Numbered from the stretch's first letter, positions 35,841 through 46,350 are shown. The stretch is 64,000 nucleotides of DNA from Flavobacteriales bacterium (GCA_020635795.1 JACJZD010000006.1:36073-100072); one strand, 5' to 3'. Notes: generated by a model not told the origin, from the sequence alone. Program-made: numbers and translations.

Positions 35841-36644
35841 TTACTCAGGTATAGGAATAGTTAATACAGGCCTAAACGAGTGACTAACTAAATTTTGTGA
35901 AGTACTCTCGTGCAACAGTTTCCACATGCTGGTTTTGTTATGAATACCTAAGGCAATAATGTCAATTTCGTTTTCAATACAATAGTTTAAAACGCCTAAC
36001 TCTTCAGTACTATCAGAGTATAAGGCTATTTTGAATTTGTCGCCGTTAAGTGGCGATAAATTTTCGTTTTTTATAAACTTGTTAATTTTTTCCATCGAAA
36101 CACGAGTGGGCTCAAAATGGGTGGGAGTATTTATTTTAAGCAAATGTATGTTGGCATTAAATTTATCAGCAATATCTCTAATGGTACCAAAAATTTGATT
36201 CGATTCACGAGAAAAATCAGAAGCAAAAGCAATGGTTTTAATCTCCTCCTTAATCATACTATGTTTAATGGTCATCACGTTAAAATTCGATTTACGAACT
36301 ACTTTTTCTGTGTTGCTACCCAATAATATTTCAGCAATAGTTGATGAGCCATGAGAACCCATTAAAATTAAATCGGCTTTAATTTCTTCAGCACATTCTA
36401 AAATTTTATCACAAATAACACCATCTAACTTTACATAAGTTTCGACAGCAATACCAGTAAGTTTAGGGTCTTTTTTTAAGGCACTTATTTTAGCCTCAGC
36501 TTTTTCAAATTCTCCGTTGTGGTTTGATAAAACTATTGACAGGATATGAATGGTACTTTTTCTAATTTTGGCAATGTAAATCGCATATTCTAATGCTGAA
36601 TTAGAATATTCAGAGAAATCGGTTGGTACTAGTAGGTTTTTCAT
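35841..36644 (-). CDS. tandem-domain universal stress protein
   Basis: ATG 36644 (MKNLLVPTDFSEYS) is preferred over 36665. There are two Usp repeats; the first ends LILMGSHGSSTIAEILLGSNTEKVVRKSNFNVMTI. Confidence 0.8.
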   Translation of the reverse strand: MKNLLVPTDFSEYSNSALEYAIYIAKIRKSTIHILSIVLSNHNGEFEKAEAKISALKKDPKLTGIAVETYVKLDGVICDKILECAEEIKADLILMGSHGSSTIAEILLGSNTEKVVRKSNFNVMTIKHSMIKEEIKTIAFASDFSRESNQIFGTIRDIADKFNANIHLLKINTPTHFEPTRVSMEKINKFIKNENLSPLNGDKFKIALYSDSTEELGVLNYCIENEIDIIALGIHNKTSMWKLLHESTSQNLVSHSFRPVLTIPIPE

Positions 36645-36721
36645 GTTAAAATTATTTGACTTCAAATATAATTAGCTTAATTCAGTTTTACTATGATACA
36701 AGTCAATATCATTTAAAATAG

Positions 36722-36868
36722 TTAACCACATAGAAACATAGTTTACAAAGTAGGAAATTGACGAATCAAATAGAAAAACAATAGTTTTCTCCCGATTTAT
36801 CGGGAGAACTATGTAAACTGATGCTACCTTTTATTGCTATAACAATCTATGTTTCTATGTGGTTAACC
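36722..36868. mobile_element. 147-bp MITE-like element with perfect 21-bp terminal inverted repeats
   Basis: GTTAACCACATAGAAACATAG (36722-36742) is complementary to CTATGTTTCTATGTGGTTAAC (36848-36868). There is an internal hairpin ATAGTTTTCTCCCGA-TTTA-TCGGGAGAACTAT and no coding capacity. A partial second copy lies at 30961-31047. Confidence 0.6.
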
Positions 36869-36964
36869 AATTTTTAGACACCAAAAAATGGATGAATGAG
36901 AAGTCTGCTTTAAAAATTATAATAACAAGCGTATAAAAACTAAATTTGCATTAAAACATTTATT

Positions 36965-37726
36965 TTGGAAAAACCATTAATATTAGTTGTAAACGACGAC
37001 GGCATTACTGCACCAGGAATAACAGCCTTAATTGAGGTTGCAAAAAATTATGGTGAAGTGGTAGTTGTTGCACCCGACAAACCTCAAAGCGGGATGGGAC
37101 ATGCTGTTTCGTTAAACACCGCGCTACGCATAAACCATTGGGAAAAAGAAGGAATTAATTATTACGCTTGTAGTGGCACACCAGTAGATTGTGTAAAAAT
37201 GGGTGTAAGCAAGTTGTTAAAACGTAGGCCCGATTTAATTGTCTCAGGCATCAATCATGGGGCTAATTCTTCTATTAATGTGATTTATTCAGGCACTATG
37301 TCGGCTGCCATTGAAGGAGCAATGGAAGGCATCTCCTCCATAGGATTTTCACTTTGTAACCATGCTATTGAAGCCGACTTTACGGCATCAAAAATGGTTG
37401 TGGATAAAGTAATTAAAGATGTGTTAACTCAAAAATATGAGGCCATTTGTTTAAACGTGAATATTCCAAATGTAAGTTACGACTTAATTAGAGGGATAAA
37501 AGTTTGTAAACAAGCAAATGGTAATTGGGAAGAGGATTTTGATGAAAGAACCGACCCAAATGGAAAAAGCTATTATTGGTTAACAGGTAAATTTGTAGTT
37601 TACGATAACAATGAAGATACTGACGAGTGGGCTTTGCAAAACAACTACGTTTCTATAGTGCCAGTTGAACACGATTTTACCAATTATTTGGTTATGAATA
37701 AAATAAAACATTTAGAACATGCTTAA
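36965..37726 (+). CDS. surE: 5'/3'-nucleotidase SurE
   Basis: 253 aa with a TTG start. Motifs ILVVNDDGITAPGI, SGINHGANSSINVIYSGTMSAA. A TAAATTTG -7-like box lies at 36941-36948. Confidence 0.9.
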   Translation: MEKPLILVVNDDGITAPGITALIEVAKNYGEVVVVAPDKPQSGMGHAVSLNTALRINHWEKEGINYYACSGTPVDCVKMGVSKLLKRRPDLIVSGINHGANSSINVIYSGTMSAAIEGAMEGISSIGFSLCNHAIEADFTASKMVVDKVIKDVLTQKYEAICLNVNIPNVSYDLIRGIKVCKQANGNWEEDFDERTDPNGKSYYWLTGKFVVYDNNEDTDEWALQNNYVSIVPVEHDFTNYLVMNKIKHLEHA

Positions 37727-38018
37727 AGCCCTAAAAGAGTTTAATCACATTTCAATTGGTATATTTTTGGGAATAGTTGTTCCCTTAATAGCCATGGTTT
37801 TGATACTAAAAATAACAACGAACATGGATTTTTTTTACATCGTAAAAAATCCATTTTTTAGTCCTGTAATAGATAATTTAAAAGGTGCCTTATTTTTTAA
37901 TTTAGGGGTTTTCTTTTTGTTTTTTTGGTTAAAAAAAGACCAATCGGCAAAGGGGGTAATATGGGCAACAATACTATACGGAATAATCTATTTGTGGTAC
38001 ATGTATATTTTTTTATAA
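37719..38018 (+). CDS. small membrane protein (3 TM), hypothetical
   Basis: 99 aa. Overlaps the surE end by 8 nt; hydrophobic throughout. Confidence 0.5.
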   Translation: MLKALKEFNHISIGIFLGIVVPLIAMVLILKITTNMDFFYIVKNPFFSPVIDNLKGALFFNLGVFFLFFWLKKDQSAKGVIWATILYGIIYLWYMYIFL

Positions 38019-38040
38019 ACGAATTACGCCTAATCCATAA

Positions 38041-39147
38041 ATGAAATATTACATTATAGCAGGAGAAGCATCAGGCGATTTACATGCGTCAAACCTCATT
38101 AAAGAACTAAAAAAACGTGACACAACTGCGGATTTTAGATGTTGGGGTGGCGATTTAATGCAAAAACAAGGAGCAGTTTTAGCTAAACATTATCGCGACC
38201 TAGCTTTTATGGGTTTTGTTGAGGTTTTATTAAACATCAAAATTATTTTAAGAAACCTAGCATTTTGTAAAAAAGATGTGTTGGAGTATAAACCAGATGT
38301 ACTCATCTTGGTAGATTATCCAGGCTTCAATTTAAAAATTGCTACTTGGGCAAAAATTAATGGGATAAAAGTGTTTTATTACATTTCTCCACAAATTTGG
38401 GCTTGGAAACAAAATCGGGTACACAAAATTAAACGATACGTGGATAAAATGTTTGTGATTTTACCTTTCGAAAAAGATTTTTATGCTCGTTTTGATGTAG
38501 ATGTTGATTTTGTTGGTCACCCTTTATTAGATGCTATTGAAAATAGAGCAGTTAGTTCGTTTGAAGATTTTTGTAAACAAAACAATTTACCACAAAAGCC
38601 TATTATAGCCTTATTACCTGGCAGCAGAAAGCAAGAAATACACACTATGCTTCCCATTATGTTGTCGATAGTTAACTATTTTCCCGATTACCAATTTGTA
38701 GTTGCAGGAGCACCATCGCAAGATGCTGAATTTTACCAAAATTACTTATCGAAACAGGTATCGTTGTTGGAAAACAAAACCTATGCCTTGCTCGAGCACT
38801 CAACAGCTGCTTTGGTTACTTCAGGAACGGCAACTTTAGAGACAGCGTTGTTTAAGGTGCCACAAATTGTTTGTTATAAGGGTAGTTTTATCTCCTATCA
38901 AATTGCTAAAGCAGTTATAAAAGTAAACTACATATCGTTGGTTAACTTAATAGCCGACAAAGAATTGGTAAAGGAATTGATTCAAAAAGAATTGACTACC
39001 ACCAATCTTAAACAAGAACTTACAAAGTTAATTACTCCAACCTACCGCAATCAAATATTCGACGAATACCAACAGCTGCAACAAAAGCTTGGTGGTGTTG
39101 GTGCGTCTGAACGTACAGCGAAATTTATGCTTGAGTATTTAAAATAA
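38041..39147 (+). CDS. lpxB: lipid-A-disaccharide synthase
   Basis: 368 aa. Motifs MKYYIIAGEASGDLHASNLI, DYPGFNLKIA and ALVTSGTATLETALF. Confidence 0.92.
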   Translation: MKYYIIAGEASGDLHASNLIKELKKRDTTADFRCWGGDLMQKQGAVLAKHYRDLAFMGFVEVLLNIKIILRNLAFCKKDVLEYKPDVLILVDYPGFNLKIATWAKINGIKVFYYISPQIWAWKQNRVHKIKRYVDKMFVILPFEKDFYARFDVDVDFVGHPLLDAIENRAVSSFEDFCKQNNLPQKPIIALLPGSRKQEIHTMLPIMLSIVNYFPDYQFVVAGAPSQDAEFYQNYLSKQVSLLENKTYALLEHSTAALVTSGTATLETALFKVPQIVCYKGSFISYQIAKAVIKVNYISLVNLIADKELVKELIQKELTTTNLKQELTKLITPTYRNQIFDEYQQLQQKLGGVGASERTAKFMLEYLK

Positions 39148-39214
39148 AAATACCCTTGTAAATTCTTTAGTTATTATTACATTTGCAGCCTTATTTTTCA
39201 AGTAAAACCTTAAT

Positions 39215-40261
39215 ATGAAATTATCAAAATTTAAATTTGACTTACCCGCAGAATTGCTTGCAGAACACCCATCTCCAGAACGTGATGAATCAAGATTAAT
39301 GGTGCTTCACAGAAGTACTGGACAAATAGAACACAGATTATTTAAAGACCTAATCGAGTATTTCGATGAGGGTGATTTAATGATAATGAACGACACTAAA
39401 GTTTTTCCTGCTAGAATGTATGGTAACAAAGAAAAAACTGGAGCTCGTATCGAGGTGTTTTTATTGAGAGAATTAAACAGAGAAAATTATTTGTGGGACG
39501 TTTTAGTAGACCCAGCACGTAAAATTAGAATTGGTAATAAACTTTATTTCGGTGATGATGATTTAGTTGCAGAGGTTATCGACAACACAACATCTAGAGG
39601 GAGAACATTAAGATTTTTATTTGATGGTACTCACGAAGAATTTAAAGCCATTATTGAAAAATTGGGAGAAACTCCAATACCAAAATACATTAAAAGAGAG
39701 GTTGAGCCAGAAGATGCTGAACGTTACCAAACTGTTTATGCTGAAAATGAAGGAGCTGTAGCCGCTCCAACTGCTGGATTACACTTTAGTAAACACCTTT
39801 TAAAACGGTTAGAAATTAAAGGAGTTGATTTTGCAAAATTAACGTTACACGTAGGTTTAGGAACTTTTAGAACAGTAGAGGTTGAAGATTTAACCAAACA
39901 TAAAATGGATTCGGAAGAAATCCATATCACTCAAAAATGTGCCGACCAAGTTAATGCCGCAAAAGCACGTAAAGCTAGAATTTGTGCAGTTGGTACTACA
40001 TCAATGAGATCAATAGAATCTTCTGTTTCAACCGATGGAGAATTAAAACCTTACGATGGCTGGACCAACAAATTTATATTTCCTCCTTACGATTTTAGTA
40101 TTGCAAATTGCATGATTACGAATTTCCACACTCCTTTATCTACATTGTTAATGATGACTTGTGCGTTTGGTGGTTACGATTTAGTAATGAAAGCTTATAA
40201 AGAGGCAGTAAAAGAAAAATATCGTTTTTACACGTATGGTGATGCCATGCTTATACTTTAA
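39215..40261 (+). CDS. queA: tRNA preQ1(34) S-adenosylmethionine ribosyltransferase-isomerase
   Basis: 348 aa. Motifs [40 protein letters not shown] and [13 protein letters not shown]. Confidence 0.93.
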   Translation: MKLSKFKFDLPAELLAEHPSPERDESRLMVLHRSTGQIEHRLFKDLIEYFDEGDLMIMNDTKVFPARMYGNKEKTGARIEVFLLRELNRENYLWDVLVDPARKIRIGNKLYFGDDDLVAEVIDNTTSRGRTLRFLFDGTHEEFKAIIEKLGETPIPKYIKREVEPEDAERYQTVYAENEGAVAAPTAGLHFSKHLLKRLEIKGVDFAKLTLHVGLGTFRTVEVEDLTKHKMDSEEIHITQKCADQVNAAKARKARICAVGTTSMRSIESSVSTDGELKPYDGWTNKFIFPPYDFSIANCMITNFHTPLSTLLMMTCAFGGYDLVMKAYKEAVKEKYRFYTYGDAMLIL

Positions 40262-40288
40262 TATAATAACAATAACACTTATCAAAAA

Positions 40289-40780
40289 ATGAAATTAGAA
40301 GACTTAAAATTATACCAAGAATGTCTTGACTTTGAAGCTAAAATTTGGAATATTGTAAATCAGTGGGAAGGATTTAATAAAGATACCGTAGGTGAATCAT
40401 TTGTTAAAGATTCAGACGCTATTTCAGCGAACATTGCTGCGGGTTATGGCCGTTACAATTTTAAAGATAAAAAACACTACTGCTACATTTCTAGAGGATA
40501 TCTTTTAAAAACTAAAGGTTGGTTATTAAAGGCAAAAGAAAGAGAAATGATTCAAGCTCCTGAAGCGGATGAATTGTTGGAATTTGTAGAAAAAATACAC
40601 CGAATGTTAAACGCTTACATTCGCTCAATAGGAAGAACCAAAACAGAAGGTGGTTCTTACGAAAAAAGAGATTCGTACAACAACAGCAACAACGATAATG
40701 ATGACGATGAGCCAAATGGCAACACATTTACCGCTGATGCTGATGAGTTTTTTAGCGAAGAAGAACTAGCAAATGCATAA
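40289..40780 (+). CDS. four-helix-bundle protein (23S rRNA intervening-sequence protein / Avd-like family) with acidic Asn/Asp-rich C-terminal tail
   Basis: 163 aa. N-terminal ~115 aa show LKLYQECLDFEAKIW...ISANIAAGYGRYNFKDKKHYCYISRGYL, then a tail NNSNNDNDDDEPNGNTFTADADEFFSEEE. Confidence 0.6.
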   Translation: MKLEDLKLYQECLDFEAKIWNIVNQWEGFNKDTVGESFVKDSDAISANIAAGYGRYNFKDKKHYCYISRGYLLKTKGWLLKAKEREMIQAPEADELLEFVEKIHRMLNAYIRSIGRTKTEGGSYEKRDSYNNSNNDNDDDEPNGNTFTADADEFFSEEELANA

Positions 40781-41447
40781 ATATGCAATAATAGTTGCCG
40801 GAGGAAAAGGTGAACGAATGGGAGAGCAACTTCCAAAACAGTTCCTCGAATTAGCTGGCAAACCTATTTTAATGCATACCATCGAAAAGTTTTATCAAAC
40901 TTTTCCTCAAACAAAAATTATACTGGCTCTTCCCGAAAATCAAATCGATTTTTGGGAAGAGCTTTGTTATAAATACGGGTTTACAAAAATTCCGCACCAA
41001 ATAGTTGCTGGTGGTAAAACCCGATTTCATTCGGTAAAAAATGCGTTGGCTTTAGTAAAACAAAATGGTATTGTGGCTGTTCACGATGGAGTTCGTCCAT
41101 TGGTAAGTGCAACAACCATTACTAACTGTTTTGCACAGGCAGAAAAATCTGGCTCAGCTATTCCTGTGGTTGATGTGGTAGATTCGTTGAGGTTTGTATC
41201 TAAACAAGAACAAACCAATAAAGCAGTTGCGCGTAGTTGCTACAAAAATGTACAAACGCCACAATGTTTTAAATCGGAGCTTTTACTAAAAGCTTACGAG
41301 CAAGATTTTGACGAAACCTTTAACGACGATGCTTCGGTAGTTGAAAAATTAGGACATTCGATTGAATTAGTTCAAGGAAACACCGAAAACATTAAAATTA
41401 CCTCTCCTATAGATTTGATTGTTGCTGAGGCTTTATTGAGCAGATAG
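40773..41447 (+). CDS. ispD: 2-C-methyl-D-erythritol 4-phosphate cytidylyltransferase
   Basis: 224 aa. Motifs IIVAGGKGERMG, VAVHDGVRPL, VQTPQCF and ITSPIDL. Confidence 0.92.
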   Translation: MHKYAIIVAGGKGERMGEQLPKQFLELAGKPILMHTIEKFYQTFPQTKIILALPENQIDFWEELCYKYGFTKIPHQIVAGGKTRFHSVKNALALVKQNGIVAVHDGVRPLVSATTITNCFAQAEKSGSAIPVVDVVDSLRFVSKQEQTNKAVARSCYKNVQTPQCFKSELLLKAYEQDFDETFNDDASVVEKLGHSIELVQGNTENIKITSPIDLIVAEALLSR

Positions 41448-41903
41448 TTTAGCAATCTTCTTTTTGTTCTTCTCCATTTTTTTATCGTAAGCCACTATTT
41501 TTTTCATGTTTTTAGAAAGTTGAGTTTCTTTCTTTTTTAGCTTTTTTGCGTAATTATCTACCTTTTTTTGTTGTTTTTGATTCTTTTTTACCAATTTATC
41601 GCGTTTTTTCGAAAGTTTGGTGGTTTGTTTTTCGTCTTCAATTTTACTAATCAACTCTTCGTTTTTTTCTGAAATATCTTTTTGAGTGGAGTAAGCTTCT
41701 TTTTTAGTTTTGTTCAATTCAATTTTCAACGCTTCAATCTCTGGTTTTAATGTTTCATTTTCTGCCATTAATTCAGTTTTAGAGGTATTATAACTGGCTA
41801 TTTGAGCAGTTAAAGCTGTAATTTTTTCTGCATTTTTATCTTGAGAAAAAGCAGTAGTAGTCAAAATTAGAAATAATGAAACAATGATGATTTTGATGTT
41901 CAT
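41433..41903 (-). CDS. secreted Lys-rich coiled-coil protein, hypothetical
   Basis: 156 aa. A signal peptide, then a continuous heptad-like K/E-rich sequence. Its 3' end overlaps ispD convergently by 15 nt. Confidence 0.5.
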   Translation of the reverse strand: MNIKIIIVSLFLILTTTAFSQDKNAEKITALTAQIASYNTSKTELMAENETLKPEIEALKIELNKTKKEAYSTQKDISEKNEELISKIEDEKQTTKLSKKRDKLVKKNQKQQKKVDNYAKKLKKKETQLSKNMKKIVAYDKKMEKNKKKIAKLSAQ

Positions 41904-41946
41904 GTGAGTTGGATTTAGTTTGCCACAAAATTACGAAATAGTTGGG

Positions 41947-43125
41947 CTAAGCAATCACTTTAATCGTTGAATTATCAAGTAATTTGAGCGATTTTAAATC
42001 AATGGTTGAAATTAAATTTAAGCCAGGTTTTTTGCCTTTTTTAATTGAACCAAACTGATGGTTAATTCCTAAAAAATCAGCACCATTTATAGTTGCCCAT
42101 TTGATTAAAGTTTGTAAAGGTATTTCAGGTGAATTTCTAGAAATTGTTTTCAGCTCATCTAAAATGGATAAACTCCAATTACTCGCTAAACTATCGGTAC
42201 CAATGGTACATTTTTCGTTTAAAAATAAATTGTAACTGGGTTGTCGGTTTTCGATGTAAAGGTTGGCATTAGGGCAAAAAGCCCAATAAATGTTTTTAGA
42301 AAAATTATTTGCCCAAGCAATGTCTTGTTTATTGGTAAAGGTGTTATGAACTAACAACGTTTTTCGTAAATTTTCATATTTACCTAGAAAAGAAGGTAAT
42401 GCGTTTTGTTGTGTTGGAACAAACTCACCTTTTAATTTTTCTCTAATATTCAAAAAATCAAATAAGTCTCCTTTGCCATGTTGGTAAAAATGATTTTCAC
42501 TTTCGGTTTCTTGGTTATGAATACTTACCAAACTATTGTTTTCTTTGCAATGTTGGTTAACCAGTTGAGTCAATTTATCAGAAACTGAATATGTAGCATG
42601 GGGAGTAATGGATGCTTTTTTTTTGTCAAAATAAGTGTCGTAAACACGTTTCGCATGGTTAAAAGCATCATTTGCAATACTTGGGTCTGAACCAAAAACT
42701 TCCACAAAAGTGTGATAATACAAGTTTTCTGTTGCTTTCAGTTTAAACGTTGAAGTTCCATTAGAAATGTCGCCAACAGCAACAATTCCATTTTGTTTCA
42801 TTTCTTGTTCTGCTGCAGTTATGGCTTCCAAACGAACATCATCAGAAAAAGATTCTCTAATTGAAATAATGTCTTTTATAAAACCGTGTAACTTGGTTTG
42901 TTCTTTTACTTTTCCTTTAAGGTATGAAAGCTCTAAATGGCAGTGCGTATTTACAAAACCAGGGCAAACTATGCCTTCATATATTCTCACATTTTCCCAA
43001 TTAATTGGTGTTGTTTTTGGGTCTAATACTTCTAAAACAATATTTTTATCATCTAACACAACAACCCCATTTTTAATAGGAGTGGAGTTTCCAGGAAAAA
43101 TATAATTGGCAGAAATTTGAAGCAT
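41947..43125 (-). CDS. metal-dependent amidohydrolase family protein
   Basis: 392 aa. HxH metal motif (FVNTHCHLELS), later HATYS, and GTDSLASN (Asp ligand region). Confidence 0.75.
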   Translation of the reverse strand: MLQISANYIFPGNSTPIKNGVVVLDDKNIVLEVLDPKTTPINWENVRIYEGIVCPGFVNTHCHLELSYLKGKVKEQTKLHGFIKDIISIRESFSDDVRLEAITAAEQEMKQNGIVAVGDISNGTSTFKLKATENLYYHTFVEVFGSDPSIANDAFNHAKRVYDTYFDKKKASITPHATYSVSDKLTQLVNQHCKENNSLVSIHNQETESENHFYQHGKGDLFDFLNIREKLKGEFVPTQQNALPSFLGKYENLRKTLLVHNTFTNKQDIAWANNFSKNIYWAFCPNANLYIENRQPSYNLFLNEKCTIGTDSLASNWSLSILDELKTISRNSPEIPLQTLIKWATINGADFLGINHQFGSIKKGKKPGLNLISTIDLKSLKLLDNSTIKVIA

Positions 43126-44684
43126 TAAATTTGTTTATGGTTGTAAATCAACAGCGTATTAAAAAACACAAATAAGGTTATTCCAACTTGTGTATCTAAG
43201 GTATCTTCGGTTATCATGGAGAGTAGCATAATGAGGATAAAAGCTAAATACACAAAATGATTTTTTAAGCTTAAGCCAAACAACGGATACAATAGAAAAA
43301 CAATAAAAAGGATGCCTCCAATTATTCCGTAAGTAGTAAATGCTGTGATAAACTGATTGTGTGCTCTCAATCTATATTTTTCTATAAGTGGAGAGTTTTC
43401 TTTTTCGTATTGCTCATTAAACGCATCTTGAATGTCGCCAGTACCAACACCAGTCCAAAAATGTTCTTTAAAAATGTTGTAGGCCGTTTTCCAGTAAACC
43501 CAACGCATTACAGTTGAGTGTCCGTTGTAATCTCTACCTCTTTTGTAGTTATCGAACTCCCAAATGGTACTGGTTATTCTTCGCTCAAAAGCATTGCTAG
43601 TTAGCATATTTACATTGGTTGTGCCACGCTCAATTGCTTCAATTTCTTTTGGCGTTAAATTCATTACTGCTTTGTGGTTTTTATACTCTCCTTTAGAAGT
43701 AATAAATCGAATTACAGTACTAGAAATAGGTTGTCCTTTTAAATCTTTACCTCGATAATGGATTTTACTCACCTTATTCCAAGCGTATTCTAATTCTTCA
43801 TCGGCATTATTTCTATAAACGTAATAACCATTTTCTTTATCGTCGTTTGTTAAGTTGTGATTGTATATTTCGCCATAAGGTGAGTATCGTTTTTCCTCTA
43901 AAGGTTGGTTTTGATTGTAATACTGATTTACACTTTTGTTGATGTACCAAACAGCTCCTCCAACAATAAATAGAGGAGTGAGGAAAAGCAAAAATTTAAA
44001 TTTAAAATCAGCTACCTTAAACCCATAAACAAACATTAAAATAAGTGAAGTAGCCCCAAAAACCAACAGCCCTGTATAAAGATGAAGAATAAACATAAAG
44101 GCAAGTAACCACAAGCCCAATAAGGTGATGATGATTTTGGTTTTTAAGTTGTGCTCGTTAAAAAAATAATAACCCAAACCAAAAATGGCAATGCAAATTT
44201 CTAAACCAAAACGAATGTGCGAATTGAATCGAGATAAATCCCTATCGTCGACAATGGTAATACCTAAGCCACCAAGTTTTACAAATATGCTCCAAAAACT
44301 AGCGGCAAGAATACCTGCGAGGTAAAGCTTAAATACTAGCTTTAGTTGTTCTTGTTTTAACTTAAAACCAAACAAAACAAATGGTAAAACAAAGAATGGA
44401 AACTTTCTTTTTACATCGGTAAATGCATAGCTAAAGTTAGAGGTGTTTATTAACCCAACAACCGAAATGGCAAAAAATAGAATTAAAAATAAAGCGGTTT
44501 TATTGGTAAAAAAAGCTTTGATTCGTTGCGAGTAATTTCCCTCTAAAATCCACGCTAATCCTAAAATTAATTGACCAATACTAATTAATGGTTTAGAAAG
44601 TGATAAGCCAACAGCAATTGCAGATAAACCAATGAGGTATAATCGCTCAGTATTCGAAAAAAAAGCTTTAACTTTTAACATCAA
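43125..44684 (-). CDS. O-antigen ligase (Wzy_C) family membrane protein with large periplasmic insert
   Basis: 519 aa, polytopic. The Wzy_C-type motif RAHNQFITAFTTYGIIGGILF is present. Its stop overlaps the amidohydrolase start (TAATG on the minus strand). Confidence 0.7.
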   Translation of the reverse strand: MMLKVKAFFSNTERLYLIGLSAIAVGLSLSKPLISIGQLILGLAWILEGNYSQRIKAFFTNKTALFLILFFAISVVGLINTSNFSYAFTDVKRKFPFFVLPFVLFGFKLKQEQLKLVFKLYLAGILAASFWSIFVKLGGLGITIVDDRDLSRFNSHIRFGLEICIAIFGLGYYFFNEHNLKTKIIITLLGLWLLAFMFILHLYTGLLVFGATSLILMFVYGFKVADFKFKFLLFLTPLFIVGGAVWYINKSVNQYYNQNQPLEEKRYSPYGEIYNHNLTNDDKENGYYVYRNNADEELEYAWNKVSKIHYRGKDLKGQPISSTVIRFITSKGEYKNHKAVMNLTPKEIEAIERGTTNVNMLTSNAFERRITSTIWEFDNYKRGRDYNGHSTVMRWVYWKTAYNIFKEHFWTGVGTGDIQDAFNEQYEKENSPLIEKYRLRAHNQFITAFTTYGIIGGILFIVFLLYPLFGLSLKNHFVYLAFILIMLLSMITEDTLDTQVGITLFVFFNTLLIYNHKQI

Positions 44685-44691
44685 GCGGATG

Positions 44692-46350
44692 TTATTTGTT
44701 TGTACCTGCTAAAATGGATTTATACAAGGTGTCGTTCTTAATGGTTTTAATAGCAACCTCAAGTGTTGGGTCTCGTTTTAAAGAATTTTGTATGGTTCCA
44801 TTTTGATAATAATAACGTCCAACAATCTCAGTTTCTAAAATGGTGATGATTTCCTCTTTAAACTTTTTTAAGTCGTCTTTTTTATGTGTGTTTAGCTTCT
44901 CTTTTAAGTGTTCGTATTCAGTTTTTACATCATCAAAATATTTTTCTTCTTTGGTGGTTAATTCTAATTTTGCTAACAAATCTTCACTTTCGGTGGTGTA
45001 AGCATAATCTTTTCCATCCAAGAATTTTACAAAGTCTGCATATTCAGCATCGCTAAAAGTAAAATCTGCTACGGGTTTAATACTGTCGTTTTTAATACGG
45101 TAGTTAGTAGCGTATTCAAAAAACAAATTTTTGGTAATTAATGATGCAGAAATATCGCTCAACATTAACTTTTCTACTTTTACATCAGGAGCAACACCTT
45201 TACCATCAAATACAGGTCGTTTGCTATGCAGAGTCTTAAATTCTTTAATTAACGAATCAGCAATAGCGGTTACTTTTCCGTTCTCTTCACGGTGCGAATA
45301 ATCTAATTTTTGAATACATCTTCCGCTAGGTGTGTAATATTTTGCCACGGTTACTTTAAGTTTTGAATTGTAACTTAACGGGCGAACAGATTGCACCAAA
45401 CCTTTTCCGTAAGATTGCGTTCCCACAACAACAGCTCTATCGTGGTCTTGTAAAGAGCCCGAAACTATTTCTGATGCAGATGCTGAACCTTCGTCAATCA
45501 ATACCACCAATGGTATTTTTGTATCAATAGGCTCGTTTAATGCTTTGTAAGTTTTGTCCCATTCTTTAATTTTCCCCTTGGTAAAAACGACTTCCGAACC
45601 TTTTGGAACAAAAAAGTTAACAATGTTTACTGCTTCGTTTAGTAAACCTCCACCGTTACCTCTTAAATCTAACACAATTGATGTGGCATGTTGTTCCTTT
45701 AAACTAACTAAAGCAGTTTTTACTTCTTTACTTGCTGATTCGGTAAAACCAGTTAATTTGATATAGCCAACAGAATCTTTCATCATAGCATAATATGGCA
45801 CATCTTTAATTTTTACTTCCTCACGAATTACTTTTTTTACCATTGGTTCAGTTGTGCCTGGTCGTTCAATTTTTAAGGTAATCGATGAGCCTGGTTGACC
45901 CAATAGAACCTCACGAATTTCTGTGGTGTTTTTTCCTTTTACCGATTTTCCGTCCACTTCCAAAATTTTATCACCAGCACGTAAACCTGCTTTAAATGCC
46001 CCAAAACCTTCGTAAGGTTCAGAAATTACCACATAATCACCTTGTTTTTGAATTAACGCACCAATACCACCATACTGACCAGTAGTCATCAATTTATAGT
46101 CTTCCATGTTCGACTCTGGAATGTAGTTGGTGTAAGGATCTAACGACTCCAACATCGCGTCGATACCTGTTTTCATCAATTTTCCTGGATCAGAATCATC
46201 AACATAATAAATGTTCAATTCACGAAATAGTGTAGCGAAAATGTCAAGGTTTTTTGATATTTCGAAATAACTATCTACATATCCAACAGAAAATATCGAT
46301 GACATTGCCAGCGCAATGATTAAGGTAATTTTTGTAATTCTTTTTTTCAT
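44692..46350 (-). CDS. ctp: S41 family C-terminal processing peptidase with PDZ domain
   Basis: 552 aa. PDZ region (GIGALIQKQGDYVVISEPYEGFGAFKAGLRAGDKILEVDG) and catalytic region (LVVLIDEGSASASEIVSGSLQD...GKGLVQ). Confidence 0.88.
   Translation of the reverse strand: MKKRITKITLIIALAMSSIFSVGYVDSYFEISKNLDIFATLFRELNIYYVDDSDPGKLMKTGIDAMLESLDPYTNYIPESNMEDYKLMTTGQYGGIGALIQKQGDYVVISEPYEGFGAFKAGLRAGDKILEVDGKSVKGKNTTEIREVLLGQPGSSITLKIERPGTTEPMVKKVIREEVKIKDVPYYAMMKDSVGYIKLTGFTESASKEVKTALVSLKEQHATSIVLDLRGNGGGLLNEAVNIVNFFVPKGSEVVFTKGKIKEWDKTYKALNEPIDTKIPLVVLIDEGSASASEIVSGSLQDHDRAVVVGTQSYGKGLVQSVRPLSYNSKLKVTVAKYYTPSGRCIQKLDYSHREENGKVTAIADSLIKEFKTLHSKRPVFDGKGVAPDVKVEKLMLSDISASLITKNLFFEYATNYRIKNDSIKPVADFTFSDAEYADFVKFLDGKDYAYTTESEDLLAKLELTTKEEKYFDDVKTEYEHLKEKLNTHKKDDLKKFKEEIITILETEIVGRYYYQNGTIQNSLKRDPTLEVAIKTIKNDTLYKSILAGTNK

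Noticed and set aside
36941-36948. TAAATTTG -7-like box upstream of surE as a promoter call.
   Set aside because: It is an exact TAnnTTTG match, but no TTTG -33 element lies at the expected spacing. It is mentioned only in the surE evidence and not listed as a feature.
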